In this document: positions 28,673 to 36,791 of the stretch, piece by piece
How positions within the stretch are numbered: position 1 is the stretch's first letter
Layout: every line of letters begins with the position of its first letter
DNA from: a virus
IMG/VR virus record: IMGVR_UViG_3300048839_000424
Location: 14,216 to 78,215 of that record
Length of the DNA: 64,000 bases
Direction: 5' to 3' (one strand)
Notes under the pieces: generated by a model
Database searches by the model: none
What the model was told of the DNA's origin: nothing
The model's input: only the letters and a program-made list of their open reading frames with translations
Made by a program: the position numbers and the translations under genes

Positions 28673-29743
28673 ATGAGCGAGAATAATATAAAATCCCCAT
28701 TCCCATATTTCGGCGGTAAGAGATTGATTGTAGATATGGTTTGGCAGCGCCTCGGAAAGCCAAAACAGTACATTGAACCATTCTGCGGAAGCGCGGCTAT
28801 GCTGCTCGGTGCTCCGTCTCCGGCATCTCTGGAGGTGATCTGCGACGGGTCCGGGTTCATTGCAAATTTTTGGCGCGCAGCAAAGCACCAGCCCGCCGCT
28901 GTTGCTGAACATGCCGATTACATTGTAAGCCACATCGACCTCGGAGCGCGGCATCGGTGGCTGATGGATCAGCGCGACCGCATCGGAGAAATCTTGCAAG
29001 ACCCCGATCACCCAGGCGATGCGAAGGTCGCGGGGTGGTGGCTATGGGGCCAGTGTTTATGGATCGGTAGTGGCTGGTGCGATTGGGACAAGACGGGACA
29101 GATCCCGCACGTCAGCGACGCCGGGAGGGGCGTGCAGGCGATCGGCAAGATCCCGCACGTCAGCGACGCCGGGTGTGGCGTGCAGGCGATCGGCCAGATC
29201 CCGCACGTCAGCGACGCCGGGAGGGGCGTGCAGGCGATCGGCAAGATCCCGCACGTCAGCGACGCCGGGTGTGGCGTGCAGGCGATCGGCCAGATCCCGC
29301 ACGTCAGCGACGCCGGGATGGGCGGCCTCATGACCAGTTCGGGCCGCGCCGCGTGGGTCGCCCTGCACGCACTCGCGGACAGGCTGGAGCGATGCCGGGT
29401 CATTCACGGAGACTGGTCGCGCGCTATGAATCACCATTATGGCGGGAACAACACAGCGGTGTTCCTTGACCCGCCATATGTCGCATATGAGAATCTCTAC
29501 GGCGTAAAACATCCGGTAGCACTTGATGTCGCAGAGTGGGCCAGGAAGCACGCTCATCTTCGCGTTGCTCTGTGCGGGCACATCGGAGACTACGAAATGC
29601 CGGGGTGGGACGCCGTGCCGTGGGAAAGGTCGCGATTGACATACGGCGGGGCATCGACCAAGGCGAGCGAGTGCATATGGTTCTCACCTGCATGTTTTCC
29701 ACCACCAGATGAATCGAAGGATTTGAACGAGTTATTCGGATGA
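28673..29743 (+). CDS. Dam/D12-family (alpha-class) adenine DNA methyltransferase with an internal 16-aa tandem repeat
   Basis: KSPFPYFGGKR, YIEPFCGSAA and VFLDPPY motifs; ends DLNELFG. Confidence 0.88.
   Translation: MSENNIKSPFPYFGGKRLIVDMVWQRLGKPKQYIEPFCGSAAMLLGAPSPASLEVICDGSGFIANFWRAAKHQPAAVAEHADYIVSHIDLGARHRWLMDQRDRIGEILQDPDHPGDAKVAGWWLWGQCLWIGSGWCDWDKTGQIPHVSDAGRGVQAIGKIPHVSDAGCGVQAIGQIPHVSDAGRGVQAIGKIPHVSDAGCGVQAIGQIPHVSDAGMGGLMTSSGRAAWVALHALADRLERCRVIHGDWSRAMNHHYGGNNTAVFLDPPYVAYENLYGVKHPVALDVAEWARKHAHLRVALCGHIGDYEMPGWDAVPWERSRLTYGGASTKASECIWFSPACFPPPDESKDLNELFG
29101..29317 (+). repeat. 48-bp coding tandem repeat, about 4.5 copies in alternating A-B-A-B pattern
   Basis: GATCCCGCACGTCAGCGACGCCGGG(AGG/TGT)GGCGTGCAGGCGATCGGC(AA/CA), encoding IPHVSDAG[R/C]GVQAIG[K/Q]. 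Confidence 0.95.
29720..29743 (+). repeat. DLNELFG-stop repeat (copy 2)
   Basis: GATTTGAACGAGTTATTCGGATGA. Confidence 0.9.
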
Positions 29744-29771
29744 TTCTCATCCGTAATCCATTAGGGGGTCC

Positions 29772-30221
29772 GTGACTTCCGAGTTGCTGATTTGTATAGG
29801 AGGAATTAGAACTCCTCCTGTGGATGTGGAATCCTTGGTCAAATGTCTTGGAGTATCTGTAATTTACAAGGACAGTGTAGAGGTTTCACGACTAGAGGTT
29901 AATGGTAACCAGGCTACTATTGTTGTGAACTCAAATGCTTCCAAGCAACGCCAGAGATTTGCTTTAGCGCATGAACTTGGGCATTTGTTGAGACATGACC
30001 TTACGAAACCAACATGCCATTATGATTTCAGAGGGCATGCTGCGATAGAGCGAGAGGCTAATATTTTTGCAGCCTCTCTTCTTATGCCAAGGTCTATGCT
30101 GGGGTTGTATCTTGGGTACACAAGCCTTGATCTCGACCAGATCGGCCGGGTTTTTGATGTACCACGAACTACTTGTGAGTACCGAGTAGCGCACTTTCTC
30201 CGTGGGTATCGTGATTTATGA
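29772..30221 (+). CDS. ImmA/IrrE-family (DUF955) Zn metallopeptidase
   Basis: RQRFALAHELGHLL (HExxH) and EREANIFAASLLMP. Confidence 0.9.
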   Translation: MTSELLICIGGIRTPPVDVESLVKCLGVSVIYKDSVEVSRLEVNGNQATIVVNSNASKQRQRFALAHELGHLLRHDLTKPTCHYDFRGHAAIEREANIFAASLLMPRSMLGLYLGYTSLDLDQIGRVFDVPRTTCEYRVAHFLRGYRDL

Positions 30222-30826
30222 GAGTAGTATCAGTGATAAGGAAGCCCTTTGAAGGGTCTGCGACTCAAAACATCGTAATCAATGAATGTGGTGGGTTGAA
30301 CATTGATGCCACTCGCATTGGAGGAGAACCTTCACCGTCAGTAGATAGACGTAAATATTCTCCAAAAGAGTGCGTTGGCGCTACAGGATGGACAACGCCA
30401 GCACGTCCAGCATCGTACAATGAACAACGCGCAGGTGAGCAGAGTGGCCGATGGCCAGCGAATCTGATGTTAGTACATACGCCTTTGTGTGTCTTTGAGG
30501 GTCATGTAAAGCAGAAGGGGTACATGATTAATCGTTGGACTGACGGTGCGAAACCTTTCGGTGGGGGAGCGGGACATGACTATGCGGGACAGCAGCAAAA
30601 CGATCTGAATGTAGAGTCGTGGAAATGTCATCCGACTTGTCCTGTTTCCCATATGGACTCTCAAAGTGGTGTTTCTAAATCCTCCGGTGGAAGAATAGGT
30701 AACGCTCAGGGGGTATACTCGAACCAAGGTCGCACTGGATGGGGTACAGGACATCAAGCGGGAGACCCTGGGTACGGAGATAGTGGTGGTGCATCACGGT
30801 ATTTCAAGCAGGTAAGGAGCAAATAA
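30218..30826 (+). CDS. Stand-alone middle segment of a beta-class DNA methyltransferase (copy B2)
   Basis: VIRKPFEGSATQN, GGLNIDATRIG, GRWPANL and GYGDSGGASRYF; neither DPPY nor FxGxG present. Confidence 0.8.
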   Translation: MRVVSVIRKPFEGSATQNIVINECGGLNIDATRIGGEPSPSVDRRKYSPKECVGATGWTTPARPASYNEQRAGEQSGRWPANLMLVHTPLCVFEGHVKQKGYMINRWTDGAKPFGGGAGHDYAGQQQNDLNVESWKCHPTCPVSHMDSQSGVSKSSGGRIGNAQGVYSNQGRTGWGTGHQAGDPGYGDSGGASRYFKQVRSK

Positions 30827-31723
30827 ATGTCACAAGAACCGGAAGAACTAAAATCCTATCTCCAACGCTTGATCTCCCCACCGGAACAAGTTGGCCCTAT
30901 CGTCATCGTCGAGGACGACCTCTCCCAAGTGGACTTTGCCTCCTATGCGGATTCCTCAGTCCACGGATTGATCACAAAGGGGAACCCAGAGAAGTATTTC
31001 GACGAAATCGACCGTATTCTGCGTCCCGGTGCCCACATTCTCCTGATCTCGGAGCAAGATGACATCAACTTCGAGGGCACTTGTGCTTTGGAGGATAGGG
31101 GGTACGAAGTCCGTGACAGCATTTGCCTCTTGGACTCTCCAGCGGATGAGTTCCTGTACACGACGAAAGCCTCCAAGTCTGAAAGGAACGCAGGTGTTCC
31201 TGAATACACCAATACAGTAGAACAAGCCGTGATTAAAGACGGTCTATCTGATGACCTCTATGCCGATATTCTCTTCCACTTGGAGGAAAATGGGTTCGAT
31301 TCCAGTAGCGAGGATGCCTACAAGTCTCTGAAGGGGAAGAAAATCGACCTGAAGCTCATTAGCAAGGAGTACTTGGAGCACTTCGACATTGTAAATACGG
31401 TGACTCAAGTCGTGCAGAATAATCACCCAACGGTCAAACCGATCTCTATTATGGAATTCTTGATGCAAGACTTGCCCCAGGGGGGTATTGTTGTAGACCC
31501 TTTCATGGGGTCTGGGACAACGGGTATTGCTTGTGTCAGAACGAACCATCAATTCGTTGGAATTGAGCGCGAGGCGGAGTATATTCGTATTGCTGATGCT
31601 AGAGTTCGGCATTTCATTGCCGAGAAGCTAGATTCGGTTGTCTTTGGTATAGTTTCGGAGGCACCCGCATCGCCATCCCCCATGTCTCAAATCGAGGATG
31701 ACCTGAATGAGTTATTCGGATGA
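30827..31723 (+). CDS. Beta-class DNA methyltransferase SAM-binding C-terminal piece fused to a catalytically degenerate N-domain (piece C)
   Basis: KASKSER, NNHPTVKP, VVDPFMGSGTTG and FVGIERE motifs; ITKGNP where DPPY is expected; ends DLNELFG. Confidence 0.85.
   Translation: MSQEPEELKSYLQRLISPPEQVGPIVIVEDDLSQVDFASYADSSVHGLITKGNPEKYFDEIDRILRPGAHILLISEQDDINFEGTCALEDRGYEVRDSICLLDSPADEFLYTTKASKSERNAGVPEYTNTVEQAVIKDGLSDDLYADILFHLEENGFDSSSEDAYKSLKGKKIDLKLISKEYLEHFDIVNTVTQVVQNNHPTVKPISIMEFLMQDLPQGGIVVDPFMGSGTTGIACVRTNHQFVGIEREAEYIRIADARVRHFIAEKLDSVVFGIVSEAPASPSPMSQIEDDLNELFG
31700..31723 (+). repeat. DLNELFG-stop repeat (copy 3)
   Basis: GACCTGAATGAGTTATTCGGATGA. Confidence 0.9.
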
Positions 31724-32274
31724 GAAAATCTATGAGAGAACCCACGACAGTACCAAGAGTCATTGCATTGACTGGACCCTTGGGCGTAGACAAAACTTCT
31801 GTTGCGAAGGCTTTACAGGGTCTACTGAAATCTAAGGGCAAAGAAACTGTGCTTGAGTCATTCACTGCACCTGTCCATGCGATTTTGTCCTCTTTGAACC
31901 TAGAGAATAATTGGGAGGTGAAGAAAGCAGTAATCGCTGCAATTCAAAAAAGCATGGGTTCTTGGGCATTGAATACTGCTCTGGAGAACAGGCTAACAGA
32001 AGATGGTGGGTTTAGTCTACACTTGATGCCAGGAGTCCTTCTCGACGATCTTCGCACGTATGAAGAGACGGAGTGGGTAAGGGAGTACCACGGTGCTATT
32101 GTGGAGATCACACACGAGGGTATCGAATACTCCGAAGATTGTGACCCAAATCAGTTTAACTTCGGTCAGACTTTTCAAGGTAGTGTAGATGCCACTGGGA
32201 AAACACCAAAGGAAGTAGCCTTAGAGGTGTTTGATTTGGTCAAGAGACGGGATTACTTGGTCAAGAGAATATGA
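31720..32274 (+). CDS. Deoxynucleoside monophosphate kinase-like P-loop protein
   Basis: VIALTGPLGVDKT (atypical P-loop), SFTAPV and LDDLRTYEE. Confidence 0.65.
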   Translation: MRKSMREPTTVPRVIALTGPLGVDKTSVAKALQGLLKSKGKETVLESFTAPVHAILSSLNLENNWEVKKAVIAAIQKSMGSWALNTALENRLTEDGGFSLHLMPGVLLDDLRTYEETEWVREYHGAIVEITHEGIEYSEDCDPNQFNFGQTFQGSVDATGKTPKEVALEVFDLVKRRDYLVKRI

Positions 32275-32281
32275 GGTACCA

Positions 32282-32596
32282 ATGTACACGTATAAAGGAA
32301 GAGTCATTAAAGTCGTAGATGGGGACACGTTGGATGTCGAGATTGACCTTGGATTTGACATCAAACACAGCATTCGAGTTCGACTGTTGAATGTCCATGC
32401 CCCGGAGATCCATTCCGTCAAGAAAGGTTCCGAGGAATATATTCGTGGTATGGAAGCCAAAGAAAAGGTTGACCAATGGGTCGCTAGCAACCCTGAAGTG
32501 AGGATCCTCACGGTCAAGGACAAAAAAGAGAAGTTCGGCAGGTACCTCGCTGAGATTTGGGACATTTCTCACACGTCTTGCCTGAACCACCTGTAA
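32282..32596 (+). CDS. Thermonuclease (SNase-like), possibly C-terminally clipped
   Basis: VIKVVDGDTL, VRLLNVHAPE and KFGRYLAEI; GAGGT RBS; stop codon lies inside the promoter motif. Confidence 0.88.
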   Translation: MYTYKGRVIKVVDGDTLDVEIDLGFDIKHSIRVRLLNVHAPEIHSVKKGSEEYIRGMEAKEKVDQWVASNPEVRILTVKDKKEKFGRYLAEIWDISHTSCLNHL

Positions 32597-32621
32597 AAAT
32601 CCTGGGGGTAGAAGCGTTTAG
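32592..32621 (+). promoter_or_regulatory. Putative phage promoter TGTAAAAA-N15-CGTTTAG
   Basis: Bipartite motif with identical 15-bp spacing at four sites, each just upstream of a start codon. Confidence 0.65.
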
Positions 32622-32633
32622 GGGGTAGAGCTT

Positions 32634-33626
32634 ATGAACAAGTTGACTAACATGACGAGCTTTGCTCGTAAGACCAAACACAAGAAGCCAAAATTCCAGT
32701 TGTACCAATTCGGTTTTAACGCCGGAACTGGCAAGTGGTTGGAAGGCTCTTGGGTGACGGTTTCCGAGGAAGACTGGATTAGCAAAAAGTCCGAGCATGA
32801 GGAGATGTGTCAACGTATCCTCATGGAGTTGAAAAATTACACCTACAACGGGTTTGGGGTTCCGCTCAACAGGATGACGAAAGAACAACGTCAAGCCTGG
32901 GAGCATTTTTCAGGGGTCGTGTTTTTTGATGTCGTTTACCCCAATAAATACATAGGCGTTTGGTCAGCAGAGATGTCCGGTAATCGCTTGTCGAAGCAGT
33001 CCGAAGAGTGGGCTCGTAAGCATGATATCAAGCTACTCCAGTGGGTCAAAGAAACGCCCCAGGGTGCGCCCCTTGATAAAGTCAAGGGGTATGACATCCC
33101 TAGTGATCTTATCATAAAAGGCTCCTCCAATAGAGAACCCGTTGACATAGGCCGTCGAATGTTTGATCAAAAGGTGGAGGATGAGATGATCCTGTTCTCA
33201 AGGATGACTGAGGTCTTAAGAGCAACCGATGCCTTGCCACCTAACTACTCATATCCTCCCGAAATCTTCGTCTCCGATCAAGTCCAGTTTTTTAGCGGTC
33301 TTGTGTTCTCACATCTTGTCTCCCAAGAAGAAAAGATTGTTCGTATCCAATGGGAAGAAAGTTGTGGCAACACACATCCATATACGAATGTCGAAAAAGA
33401 GCAAGAGCGATACGTTTGGATGCGGAACCTCGCATACAGTAAGTCCTTCGACAAAGCTACCTTTGATGACCGTTTGGCAGAGGCTCGAAAAGAGCATAAC
33501 CAGACCGCTAGAGAGGTTCTAGATTCTAGCAACGGATGTAGACTAGCTTTTGTTATCCCCAAATTCTATGAGGATGGGGCGTTTGATCCAGTTGGGGAGA
33601 AGGACTACCCTTGGGGGGAACTGTAA
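32634..33626 (+). CDS. Hypothetical protein
   Basis: 330-aa ORF lying between two promoter copies. Confidence 0.7.
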   Translation: MNKLTNMTSFARKTKHKKPKFQLYQFGFNAGTGKWLEGSWVTVSEEDWISKKSEHEEMCQRILMELKNYTYNGFGVPLNRMTKEQRQAWEHFSGVVFFDVVYPNKYIGVWSAEMSGNRLSKQSEEWARKHDIKLLQWVKETPQGAPLDKVKGYDIPSDLIIKGSSNREPVDIGRRMFDQKVEDEMILFSRMTEVLRATDALPPNYSYPPEIFVSDQVQFFSGLVFSHLVSQEEKIVRIQWEESCGNTHPYTNVEKEQERYVWMRNLAYSKSFDKATFDDRLAEARKEHNQTAREVLDSSNGCRLAFVIPKFYEDGAFDPVGEKDYPWGEL

Positions 33627-33651
33627 AAACTCGTAGGTTAGAGGCGTATAA
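33622..33651 (+). promoter_or_regulatory. Putative phage promoter TGTAAAAA-N15-CGTATAA
   Basis: Nearly identical to 34361-34390; followed by AGGAG RBS. Confidence 0.75.
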
Positions 33652-33659
33652 GGAGTGTC

Positions 33660-33938
33660 ATGGATACCGAAGCCCTACTCTCCAACGTCGAAGCGAAGCG
33701 CAAAGCACGCGCATCCGGCCTTCGAGTCGCCATCGTGAGCATGAACCCCCTTGACAAGACGTATCAAGGCAGGGTTCTTTCCTCCACGGGTGCGACATGG
33801 TATGAGGTTCGGTTGAATCTCTCTGGTCGTCGTTGTCGTTGTTCTTGTGAGGACTTCCAACGGAATCTCCGACCTTGTAAGCATCTCGCGGCCTTCGCCA
33901 AGGTGCTCAGGGACACCCAGACCGGGGTTGTGGCCTGA
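33660..33938 (+). CDS. SWIM zinc-finger protein
   Basis: YEV..CRCSCEDF..PCKHLAA (CxC..CxH). Confidence 0.85.
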   Translation: MDTEALLSNVEAKRKARASGLRVAIVSMNPLDKTYQGRVLSSTGATWYEVRLNLSGRRCRCSCEDFQRNLRPCKHLAAFAKVLRDTQTGVVA

Positions 33939-33940
33939 CC

Positions 33941-34351
33941 ATGTTCGATACTCTGTTAGAACTAGGTAAGCAGGTTAGCGAGGCTCCTGGATTCACCTAC
34001 CAGAAGGGCATGGTCGTAGTCTACCCCGATTCGGGGTCTGTGGACATGATCGTAGGTGAGGATGAAACCTATTGGCATACCGTCCCAATGGAGCACGGAT
34101 TAGTGACTTGGCTCAGAATCAACAAGTCAAAAATGTCATTTATTCCCAAGCTGGATGCTCCTTTGACACGGGCGATCCTCTTGGCTCAGATTCATGAGCG
34201 GTCAAGTAAAACTCGCTCCGTCCACATTGAGCCTTCTCACGAGGGGTTCGTTTGCCATATCCAGAAGGAAGGCGGAGTCGTGGTCACCTACTACTCGGAC
34301 AGCGAAGAAGGTGCCCTAGCCAAAGCCTACTGTGAGTACCCTCACGAATGA
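33941..34351 (+). CDS. Hypothetical protein
   Basis: 136-aa ORF in an operon. Confidence 0.6.
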   Translation: MFDTLLELGKQVSEAPGFTYQKGMVVVYPDSGSVDMIVGEDETYWHTVPMEHGLVTWLRINKSKMSFIPKLDAPLTRAILLAQIHERSSKTRSVHIEPSHEGFVCHIQKEGGVVVTYYSDSEEGALAKAYCEYPHE

Positions 34352-34360
34352 GAATCTAGC

Positions 34361-34390
34361 TGTAAAAACTCGTGGGTTAGAGGCGTATAG
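34361..34390 (+). promoter_or_regulatory. Putative phage promoter TGTAAAAA-N15-CGTATAG (probably a leaderless or short-leader ligase mRNA)
   Basis: Motif ends 5 bp before the ligase ATG. Confidence 0.75.
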
Positions 34391-34395
34391 CAGTT

Positions 34396-36294
34396 ATGCA
34401 GACACCGGACCAGATCGTGGACTTGCTGATGGCGGCTAAGGACGCCTATTATAACGGCGATCCTATCATGACCGATGCGGATTTCGATGCCTTGGAGGAT
34501 CGTCTCCGAGACCTGAATCCCAAGCATCCGTATTTCCGTATGGTCGGCGCAGCGGCGCCAACGGATACGAAATGGAAGAAAATGCTCCATAGCATTCCGA
34601 TGGGATCTTTGGACAAGGCACAGGACCATGCGGAAGTCGTTTCTTGGTATCAGCCGGACAAGGGAAACCTTGTTGTTACTGAGAAGCTAGACGGAATTTC
34701 CATCTCCCTCGAATACGAGGATGGGGTTTTTGTTCGTGCGATCACCCGAGGTGATGGTATCGAAGGTGAGGATATCACCCGTAACGTGATGCTCATGGAT
34801 TTCCCGAAGAAGGCTTCGAACCTGACGGGACATGTCCGTGGAGAGATTATTCTCACCAAGGCGAACCATGTTCACCTTCCAGAGTACAAGAATCTCCGCA
34901 ATGCCGCAAGTGGCATCGCCAAGCGTGAAAAAGACGCAGAGGCGTGCAAGTACCTTTCGGTCATGGCGTACCAAGTGATCTCCAAGGAACTAGTTTTCCC
35001 TCGTAAGGAGACGGAGATCCTGGTTCTCCAGAAGCTCGGATTCACAACCCCCAACTACACCCTTGCAACCTCCTTGGAGGAAGTCGAAAATACCTACGAG
35101 GTATATGTCCACTCGATTCGTGAGGGGCTGAACTACGATATTGATGGACTGGTTGTCGAGTATGACGATTTGTCGGTGATGGAGGAACTTGGGGTAAGCT
35201 CATCGGGCCGTCCACGAGGGGCCATCGCGTACAAGTTCCCACATGAGGAAAAAACCGCGACCTTGGAAATGATCGTGTGGCCTACTGGTCCTACGGGTCG
35301 AGTGACCCCCGTGGCGAAGTTCTCTCCGGTGGATCTGATGGGTGCGACGGTGGCCAAGGCTTCTTTGCACAATGTTGGAAATATTCAGCGGATCACGAAT
35401 AAGCAGGGGTTCCGTATTGGAGACAAGATCACGGTTTCTCGTCGAAATGACGTGATCCCTTATGTAGAGCGGCTTGTTTCTGCCGGTAAGGGCGAGAAGC
35501 TAGAGACTCCGACCGTGTGTCTCTCGTGTGTTCATCCGTTGACGCGGGTTGGTGAGTATCTGGTCTGCCAGCAAAAGAACAACTGTCCAGCACAGATTCT
35601 TGGTAAGCTGACCAATTGGGTCAAAAAGACCAATACGATGGATGTCGGTCCCGCGATTTTGGAAGCGGCGGTCAACGCAAGTCTTGTGTCATCTATCTCG
35701 GACTTGTACGGTCTGGCGGAGTCAATGTGGCGTAAGCTCAAGCTCGAAGGTCGGGTCATGGGAGACCTTGGGGCCATCGTGTATAATTCAATCATGGGCA
35801 ACACGGTTCTACCACCGGAGATTATTCTCGGCAGCCTGAATATTGACCTTTGCGGTCGAACCACCTGCAAGACCATCCTGGATAGTATCTCCTACAAGCC
35901 GGGCTCGGTGGCGGATTTGACTCTAATCCCCACCAAGGTCTCATTCGACCAGTTGTCCAAGATCCCTGGCATCGGACCACAGAGGGCTAAGGCGTTTCTC
36001 GATGGTATCACAGAAAACCACGATGAGATCCTCGAACTTGCTCACTTTTTGAGTTTCCCCAAGCGTATCACTAGCGGCAAGGTTCTCGGTAAGACCTTTT
36101 GCTTCACTGGATTCCGAGATCCCGCACTGGAAGCTCGAATCCAGAAGGAAGGCGGAGAAATGAAGTCTTCTGTCGTCAAGGGACTGGACTACCTCGTGGT
36201 AAAGGACAAGAGCACGTCGTCAACGAAGGCTCAAAAGGCGCAGTCCCAGGGTACGATGATCGTGAACCGTCAAGAGCTAGAGGCCATGCTATGA
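34396..36294 (+). CDS. ligA: NAD+-dependent DNA ligase
   Basis: DADFDALE, EKLDG, TRGDG..GEDIT, RNAASG, DGLVV, TGRVTPVA, C4 Zn finger and C-terminal BRCT (FCFTG). Confidence 0.97.
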   Translation: MQTPDQIVDLLMAAKDAYYNGDPIMTDADFDALEDRLRDLNPKHPYFRMVGAAAPTDTKWKKMLHSIPMGSLDKAQDHAEVVSWYQPDKGNLVVTEKLDGISISLEYEDGVFVRAITRGDGIEGEDITRNVMLMDFPKKASNLTGHVRGEIILTKANHVHLPEYKNLRNAASGIAKREKDAEACKYLSVMAYQVISKELVFPRKETEILVLQKLGFTTPNYTLATSLEEVENTYEVYVHSIREGLNYDIDGLVVEYDDLSVMEELGVSSSGRPRGAIAYKFPHEEKTATLEMIVWPTGPTGRVTPVAKFSPVDLMGATVAKASLHNVGNIQRITNKQGFRIGDKITVSRRNDVIPYVERLVSAGKGEKLETPTVCLSCVHPLTRVGEYLVCQQKNNCPAQILGKLTNWVKKTNTMDVGPAILEAAVNASLVSSISDLYGLAESMWRKLKLEGRVMGDLGAIVYNSIMGNTVLPPEIILGSLNIDLCGRTTCKTILDSISYKPGSVADLTLIPTKVSFDQLSKIPGIGPQRAKAFLDGITENHDEILELAHFLSFPKRITSGKVLGKTFCFTGFRDPALEARIQKEGGEMKSSVVKGLDYLVVKDKSTSSTKAQKAQSQGTMIVNRQELEAML

Positions 36295-36536
36295 TTGTTT
36301 TCAAGACAGAGACGGGTAGCGTCTATCAATGGGACAAGGAGCAAGGGAGAATCCGTAGGCTCTCTGGGGATACACCTCCAACGAGCCGTGTAGGAGATGG
36401 ATGGAAAACAGCGATCCATGTTCACCTGGAAGTAGGTCGGTCAGCGGTTATCGTCTGGGCGATCACGGACGAAGGGATCTCGCAAACGACGGTCACCTCC
36501 TTTGTAGTGGAGATTAATCATGCCGAGCTTAATTAG
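36291..36536 (+). CDS. Small hypothetical protein
   Basis: ATGA-coupled to the ligA stop (MIVFKTETGSVY...). Confidence 0.6.
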   Translation: MIVFKTETGSVYQWDKEQGRIRRLSGDTPPTSRVGDGWKTAIHVHLEVGRSAVIVWAITDEGISQTTVTSFVVEINHAELN

Positions 36537-36777
36537 TCAACTCAATGACTTGTCGGTGTCAGTTAGCTCACTTCGCTACGTGCGAATTCTGCTTGCTAGT
36601 CAACAGATCGTAGGCTATACTTTGATCACCGACGATGATTTTCAAGCGTTGGACGAGAACAGCACCTATCAGGTGCCCTCAACCCGATGCTTGGAATTTG
36701 ATGATCTAGAGAAGGTCATCAATTTCTGTGTGCAACAAAAACTCACGCTCGATGGAGCGGTGGAAATTTACCTCTAA
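36520..36777 (+). CDS. Small hypothetical protein
   Basis: 85-aa ORF; GGAG RBS. Confidence 0.55.
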   Translation: MPSLISQLNDLSVSVSSLRYVRILLASQQIVGYTLITDDDFQALDENSTYQVPSTRCLEFDDLEKVINFCVQQKLTLDGAVEIYL

Positions 36778-36791
36778 CCAAACAGACAAAA

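Noticed and set aside
29101-29317. 48-bp repeat as a CRISPR array
   Set aside because: No unique spacers; the units are contiguous, in frame and inside a CDS; no cas genes.
29101-29317. Cluster of GATC sites in a Dam-family gene as autoregulation
   Set aside because: Explained by ATC Ile codons amplified with the repeat; the enzyme's target sequence is unknown.
29008-29581. Alternative-frame and antisense ORFs over the repeat
   Set aside because: By-products of a GC-rich, stop-free repeat; the MTase frame carries the conserved motifs.
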